From NCBI GenBank assembly GCA_038209515.1, contig JBBQXQ010000004.1, forward strand, positions 1,078 through 65,077: a DNA stretch of 64,000 nucleotides. The letters run 5' to 3'. How positions within the stretch are numbered: position 1 is the stretch's first letter; the number at the start of each line of letters is the position of its first letter. Below the pieces are notes generated by a model. The model did not search any database and had not been told where the DNA came from. It saw only the letters and a list, made by a program, of their open reading frames with translations. Shown here piece by piece: positions 59,650 through 64,000 of the stretch. The translations under genes were made by a program, and so were the position numbers. This DNA is from Gemmatimonadales bacterium. Its GTDB lineage: Bacteria; Gemmatimonadota; Gemmatimonadetes; Gemmatimonadales; GWC2-71-9.

Positions 59650-60788
59650 AACAGTTCAGGGTCGCGGTGCTTCCGGGAGATGGTATCGGCCTGGAGGTGA
59701 CCGCCGAGGCCGTTCGGGTTCTCGCCGCCGTGGCCGACCTCTGCGGCTTTCGCATGGCGACTCAGGAGTACCCGATCGGTGCCGTAGCTGTCCGGCAGCT
59801 CGGCGAGGCCCTGCCGGCCCGAACCCGGGACGCCGTCCTCGAGGCGGATGCCGTGCTCCTGGGAGCGGTCGGGGATCCGGCACTGGCCGATGCGACTGGG
59901 AACCGGCGCCCCGAGGCTGGGCTTCTTGCGCTCCGGAAGCTGCTCGGGGCGTATGCGAATCTCCGGCCCGTCTCGGTACACCCCGCCCTCCGACACGCTT
60001 CTCCTCTCAGGCCCGAGCGGCTGGACAAAGTCGATCTGCTGATCGTGCGGGAGCTCACCGGAGGGCTATACTATGGTGAGCCTCGGGGGCGAGACGAGCA
60101 GAGTGCGGTGAACACACTCCGGTACAGCGTGGCGGAGATCGAGCGGGTTGCCCGAGTGGCCTTTCAGGCCGCCCGAGAGCGGCGATGCCTGGTAACGTCG
60201 GTGGACAAGGCGAACGTGCTCGAGGTGTCTCAGCTCTGGCGCGACACAGTGAGCCGGGTCGGCGGCGACTACCCGGACGTGCGGCTGGAGCACCTGTACG
60301 TGGACTTCGCGGCGATGAGGTTGATCGCCAATCCGGCCTCCTTCGACGTGCTGCTCACCGAAAATCTCTTCGGCGATATCCTTAGCGACGAAGCGGCGGT
60401 CCTGACCGGCTCACTCGGGCTGCTGCCGTCGGCCTCCATCGGCGATGGTCCCGGTCTATTCGAGCCGGTGCATGGCTCGGCGCCGGATATTGCAGGGCGC
60501 GGCGTCGCCAATCCCATCGGGGCAATCGCGTCCGCGGCAATGCTGCTGCGTCACTCGCTGGAGCTGCGTGAGGCGGCGGCGCTGGTCGAGCAGGCGATTG
60601 CGGACGTCATCGGCGCTGGGGGACGCACCCCGGACATCGCTCTACCGGGAGAGCCCACGCTGACGACCCGCGAGATGGGTGCGGAGATAGCTCAACGAGT
60701 GACTTCTCGAACCCTTTCCCACCAGAGCAGCGCCAGCGCACTCCAGGCAGTACCCAGCAGCAGTCCGCCTACCACATCGCTGGGGTAG
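59646..60788 (+). CDS. leuB: 3-isopropylmalate dehydrogenase
   Basis: [31 protein letters not shown]. The C-terminal ~30 aa run 97 nt into the convergent PAP2 gene. Confidence 0.93.
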   Translation: MKQFRVAVLPGDGIGLEVTAEAVRVLAAVADLCGFRMATQEYPIGAVAVRQLGEALPARTRDAVLEADAVLLGAVGDPALADATGNRRPEAGLLALRKLLGAYANLRPVSVHPALRHASPLRPERLDKVDLLIVRELTGGLYYGEPRGRDEQSAVNTLRYSVAEIERVARVAFQAARERRCLVTSVDKANVLEVSQLWRDTVSRVGGDYPDVRLEHLYVDFAAMRLIANPASFDVLLTENLFGDILSDEAAVLTGSLGLLPSASIGDGPGLFEPVHGSAPDIAGRGVANPIGAIASAAMLLRHSLELREAAALVEQAIADVIGAGGRTPDIALPGEPTLTTREMGAEIAQRVTSRTLSHQSSASALQAVPSSSPPTTSLG

Positions 60789-61315
60789 TGCACTCCGAGG
60801 TACACTCGCGAGAATCCTATACCGAGGGCAAAAAGAGCAGCCAGCACCAGGGCGGCTCGCCGAAGCGCCGGTGATGGCCACGGCGCCGCCCACGCGATGA
60901 TGCCGAGTCCAAAGATGATGGGCGCCAGCATGCTGTGGCCGGATGGGTAGGAGAACCAGCCCGCTCCGTGCATGAGGCGGGGAATGACGTGGGGACGAGG
61001 ACGATGCACCGCCAGCTTTGCCAGCCCAGAGAGCGCCCAGCCGCTGAGCGCAGCAGCCGCGTACCACCACGCCTCGACTTTCCGCTTCCTGAGGACAAGC
61101 CCCAGGATGAGCAGCAGCGCGAGCGGTATCTCGATCAATCCGGAGCCCGCGACGCTCAGCAGCTTCATCCACCATGTGAGCCAGGGCTCACGTTTGGCGG
61201 CCAGGGCCAGCATGAGCGTCCGGTCCCAGGTGTCCGCCACGCCGGCAAGGACGGCGGCCGTCAACCCGAAGAAGAGGACCAGGCAGATGATGGCGAGCAC
61301 CCGGTAGCCGACCAC
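60692..61315 (-). CDS. PAP2 family phosphatase (membrane)
   Basis: [14 protein letters not shown] and [12 protein letters not shown] motifs. Confidence 0.85.
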   Translation of the reverse strand: MVGYRVLAIICLVLFFGLTAAVLAGVADTWDRTLMLALAAKREPWLTWWMKLLSVAGSGLIEIPLALLLILGLVLRKRKVEAWWYAAAALSGWALSGLAKLAVHRPRPHVIPRLMHGAGWFSYPSGHSMLAPIIFGLGIIAWAAPWPSPALRRAALVLAALFALGIGFSRVYLGVHYPSDVVGGLLLGTAWSALALLWWERVREVTR

Positions 61316-61352
61316 CTCACGGGAGCGCTGCGGCCCGAGCGCTGCAGGCGGC

Positions 61353-63029
61353 CTAGAGATCGGTCACCGCGCCAATGCTCGCGCTCGAGACCTGCTTGGC
61401 ATACTTGTACAGCACGCCGGCCGTGTACCGCGGCTTCGGCGGGGTCCACGCCTTGCGTCGTCTCGCCAGCTCCGGCTCGGAGACCTCGAGCTCGAGCAGC
61501 CGGCGTTCGGCATCGATGGTCACTCGATCGCCCTCCGCGACCAGCGCGATGGTTCCTCCGACCGCCGCCTCCGGGGCCACGTGCCCCACCACCATGCCGT
61601 AGGTCCCACCCGAGAACCTGCCGTCGGTGATGAGACCGACCGAGTCGCCGAGTCCGGCTCCGATGATGGCCGAGGTGGGCGCGAGCATCTCCCGCATTCC
61701 CGGCCCGCCGCGGGGGCCCTCATAGCGAATCACCAGCACATCGCCGGCTCGAATGTTCCCTGCCAGAATCGCCTCGAGGCAGCTCTCCTCCGAGTCAAAG
61801 ACTCTGGCGGGCCCGCTGATGCGCGACTTTTTTATCCCCGTGATCTTCGCGACTGCGCCTTCGGTCGCGAGGTTTCCCCGCATGATTGCGAGATGGCCCT
61901 GGGGATAGAGCGGACGGCCCCACGGGCGGATGACTTCCTGATCGGCGCGCGGTTCCGGAGGCACGTTGGCCAGCGATTCGGCGATCGTTTCGCCCGTAAT
62001 CGTCAGCGCATCTCCGTGGAGAACACCGTGGGTCAACAGGATCTTCATGACTTGCGGTATTCCGCCGGCGCGGTGGAGATCGGTCGCCACAAAGCGGCCC
62101 GATGGCTTCAAATCGCACAGCACCGGCACCCGGGCGCGAATGGTCTCGAAGTCGTCGAGCGAGAGCGGGACGCCGGCCGCACGGGCGATCGCCAGCAGAT
62201 GCAGCACGGCGTTGGTTGACCCGCCGATCGCCATTACAACCGCGATCCCATTCTCGAACGCTGGACGAGTGAGAATCTGCCGGGGCCGGAGCCGCCGCCG
62301 AATCGCGTCGACCAGTACATTGCCCGAATTCGCAGCACTCTCCGCCTTCTCCCCATCCTCCGCCGCCATGGTGGACGAGAAGGGAAGGCTCATTCCCATG
62401 GCCTCGAACACCGAGGACATGGTGTTGGCGGTGAACATCCCGCCACACGATCCCTTGCCCGGGCATGCCCGGCGCTCGACCTCGAGCAGCTCGCGGTCGT
62501 CAATCGTGCCGGCGCTGTGTTGTCCTACCGCCTCGAACGCGCTTACCACGGTGAGGTCTCGGCCGGCATAGTGCCCTGGCTTGATGGTCCCCCCATAGAC
62601 GAAAATCGCCGGTATATCCATCCGCGCGATGGCGATCATGGCGCCGGGCATGTTCTTGTCGCACCCGCCGACCGCAAGTACCCCGTCCATACTCTGGGCT
62701 CCGCAGGCCGTCTCGATCGAATCGGCGATGACCTCGCGGGAGACGAGCGAATATTTCATTCCCTCGGTGCCCATTGAGATCCCGTCACTGACTGTGATCG
62801 TCCCAAACATCTGCGGCATGGCTCCCGCAGCCCGCACCGCCGCTTCCGCGCGACGGGCCAGCTCGTCGAGTCCAGCATTGCAGGGGGTGATGGTGCTGTG
62901 GGCGTTGGCGATGCCGACGATGGGCTTCCCGAAGTCCCCATCCCCGAAGCCGACGGCGCGGAGCATCGCTCGATTGGGCGCGCGTTGGACGCCCTCGGTG
63001 ATTGCGCTGCTTTTGAGTTTGTTGGGCAT
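61353..63029 (-). CDS. ilvD: dihydroxy-acid dehydratase
   Basis: 558 aa with [20 protein letters not shown] and the IlvD/Edd pattern. Confidence 0.96.
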   Translation of the reverse strand: MPNKLKSSAITEGVQRAPNRAMLRAVGFGDGDFGKPIVGIANAHSTITPCNAGLDELARRAEAAVRAAGAMPQMFGTITVSDGISMGTEGMKYSLVSREVIADSIETACGAQSMDGVLAVGGCDKNMPGAMIAIARMDIPAIFVYGGTIKPGHYAGRDLTVVSAFEAVGQHSAGTIDDRELLEVERRACPGKGSCGGMFTANTMSSVFEAMGMSLPFSSTMAAEDGEKAESAANSGNVLVDAIRRRLRPRQILTRPAFENGIAVVMAIGGSTNAVLHLLAIARAAGVPLSLDDFETIRARVPVLCDLKPSGRFVATDLHRAGGIPQVMKILLTHGVLHGDALTITGETIAESLANVPPEPRADQEVIRPWGRPLYPQGHLAIMRGNLATEGAVAKITGIKKSRISGPARVFDSEESCLEAILAGNIRAGDVLVIRYEGPRGGPGMREMLAPTSAIIGAGLGDSVGLITDGRFSGGTYGMVVGHVAPEAAVGGTIALVAEGDRVTIDAERRLLELEVSEPELARRRKAWTPPKPRYTAGVLYKYAKQVSSASIGAVTDL

Positions 63030-63040
63030 CCGTGGAATGT

Positions 63041-63123
63041 ACGGGGCGGGCGGACAGGCGGACAGGCGGACGGGCGAGTACTCCTCATCCCGTTCCTTCA
63101 GTACTGTCCGCCTGTCCGCCCGC
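63041..63123. repeat. inverted (GGCGGACA)n arrays around an AGTACT...AGTACT core, between the glnK stop and the ilvD start
   Basis: 63049-63072 is ggcggaca, ggcggaca, ggcggacg. 63105-63120 is tgtccgcc x2. Both arms also contain AGTACT. Confidence 0.9.
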
Positions 63124-63485
63124 TACGCCGGCATGGCCACCGCTGGGGTTACGGCGGATTCGTTCCGCTCGCCGGTCCGGATCCGGTAAACCTGGGCCAC
63201 GTCGAGGACGAACACCTTGCCGTCGCCGACTTCGCCGGTGCGAGCGCCGCCGAGAATCGCATTGATGGTTACCTGTACGAACGGCTCGGAAACGCCGATC
63301 TCGAGGCGGACCTTCTCCTGCAGTTCGACCTTGACGGTGGTGCCGCGGTAGGTCTCGACGTGCTCGGTCTCGCCACCGTGCCCGAGCACCCGGGAGACAG
63401 TGAGGCCGCGAACTTCGGTGCGGTACAGCGCCTCCAGCACCTCGTTGAGACGGTCCGGGCGGATGATTGCTACGATGAGCTTCAT
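63123..63485 (-). CDS. glnK: P-II nitrogen regulatory protein (GlnK-type, linked to amtB)
   Basis: MKLIVAIIRPDRLNEVLEAL...GHGGE..ETYRG (T-loop Tyr)...DGKVFV. ATG 63485. Confidence 0.9.
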   Translation of the reverse strand: MKLIVAIIRPDRLNEVLEALYRTEVRGLTVSRVLGHGGETEHVETYRGTTVKVELQEKVRLEIGVSEPFVQVTINAILGGARTGEVGDGKVFVLDVAQVYRIRTGERNESAVTPAVAMPA

Positions 63486-63499
63486 GGTAAGCGCTCCCG

Positions 63500-64000
63500 T
63501 CAACGCGATGCGACTTGTGGAGTAAACGCGGGCAGCGGCTCGGGAACGAGCGCTGCCTCGGGGGGCACCAGGATCGAGCCTTCGCCGCTGGCGTAGGCTT
63601 CCTCGCCATGCTGGCTCACGTCCATGCCGACACCCTCGACGCGGGGCACCGCGCGGAGTGACATCACCAGGGCGAGCGCCTTCAGGATCACGAACGTCAT
63701 GATGCCGGCGTAGACCGCGGCACTGAGACAGGCGAGCGCCTGGACGGCCAGCTGGTGGGGGTTTCCAAACAACAGGCCGTCGTTCCCTGCCGGGTTCCAC
63801 AGCTTCTGCGCCAGCACGCCGGTGAGCAGGGCGCCGGTGAGTCCGCCTATCCCGTGGCCGGCGAAGACGTCGAGCGAGTCGTCGATCCGGGTGCGGGAGC
63901 GGATCGCGATGACGGTGTAGCTCGGGAATGCCGCCACAGCGCCGAGGATGAGGGCGCTCACCGGGCTTACGAATCCCGCCGCTGGGGTGATGGCTACCAG
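63500..64000 (-). CDS. amtB: ammonium transporter (C-terminal part; 5' end outside window)
   Basis: The frame stays open to the window edge. ..ITPAAGFVSPVSALILG...DDSLDVFAGHGIGGLTGALLTG is typical of Amt. Confidence 0.9.
   Translation of the reverse strand: MVAITPAAGFVSPVSALILGAVAAFPSYTVIAIRSRTRIDDSLDVFAGHGIGGLTGALLTGVLAQKLWNPAGNDGLLFGNPHQLAVQALACLSAAVYAGIMTFVILKALALVMSLRAVPRVEGVGMDVSQHGEEAYASGEGSILVPPEAALVPEPLPAFTPQVASR

Overview
High-GC (roughly 65-70% by eye) bacterial chromosomal segment. It is densely coding, with about 58 protein genes. I found no rRNA, tRNA, CRISPR array, transposase or integrase. By gene content and style it is probably a soil-type Gemmatimonadota- or Acidobacteriota-like organism, but that is inference only.

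Most of the content is core metabolism and housekeeping:
- the end of pntA plus pntB, and a sigma-70 factor
- a 13-kb chain of start/stop-overlapping genes: PIG-L deacetylase, iron-type ABC importer, MFS, DUF2339, amidase, PepF
- infA and cspA
- a GAF-GGDEF / CGNR zinc-finger / tandem pseudokinase-kinase operon
- a queC-queE-HD-5'-nucleotidase operon, with queF elsewhere
- speA, gltA and gltB
- a leuA-ilvB-ilvN-ilvC-leuC-leuD-leuB super-operon, ilvD, and glnK-amtB
- a block of hypothetical exported proteins at 38.6-43.7 kb

The least ordinary signals are not genes:
1. A dispersed family of 7-9 bp tandem arrays, many with a GCGG core and often present as inverted pairs. They sit on or next to stop codons and have been absorbed into coding sequence in several places: the IlvB linker, the IlvC tail, the M28 peptidase tail and stop codon, and a lipoprotein signal peptide.
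2. A REP-like hairpin family (CTGAGCGAAGCGAAGG / CCTCATCCCGAG types).
3. A ~350-bp compound palindrome between gltB and tetR.
4. A Leu/Val/Ile-rich leader peptide with an antiterminator/terminator switch in front of the BCAA super-operon.
5. A terminator-like attenuator in the gltB leader.

All calls rest on reading the sequence and on remembered family motifs. No database searches were run.
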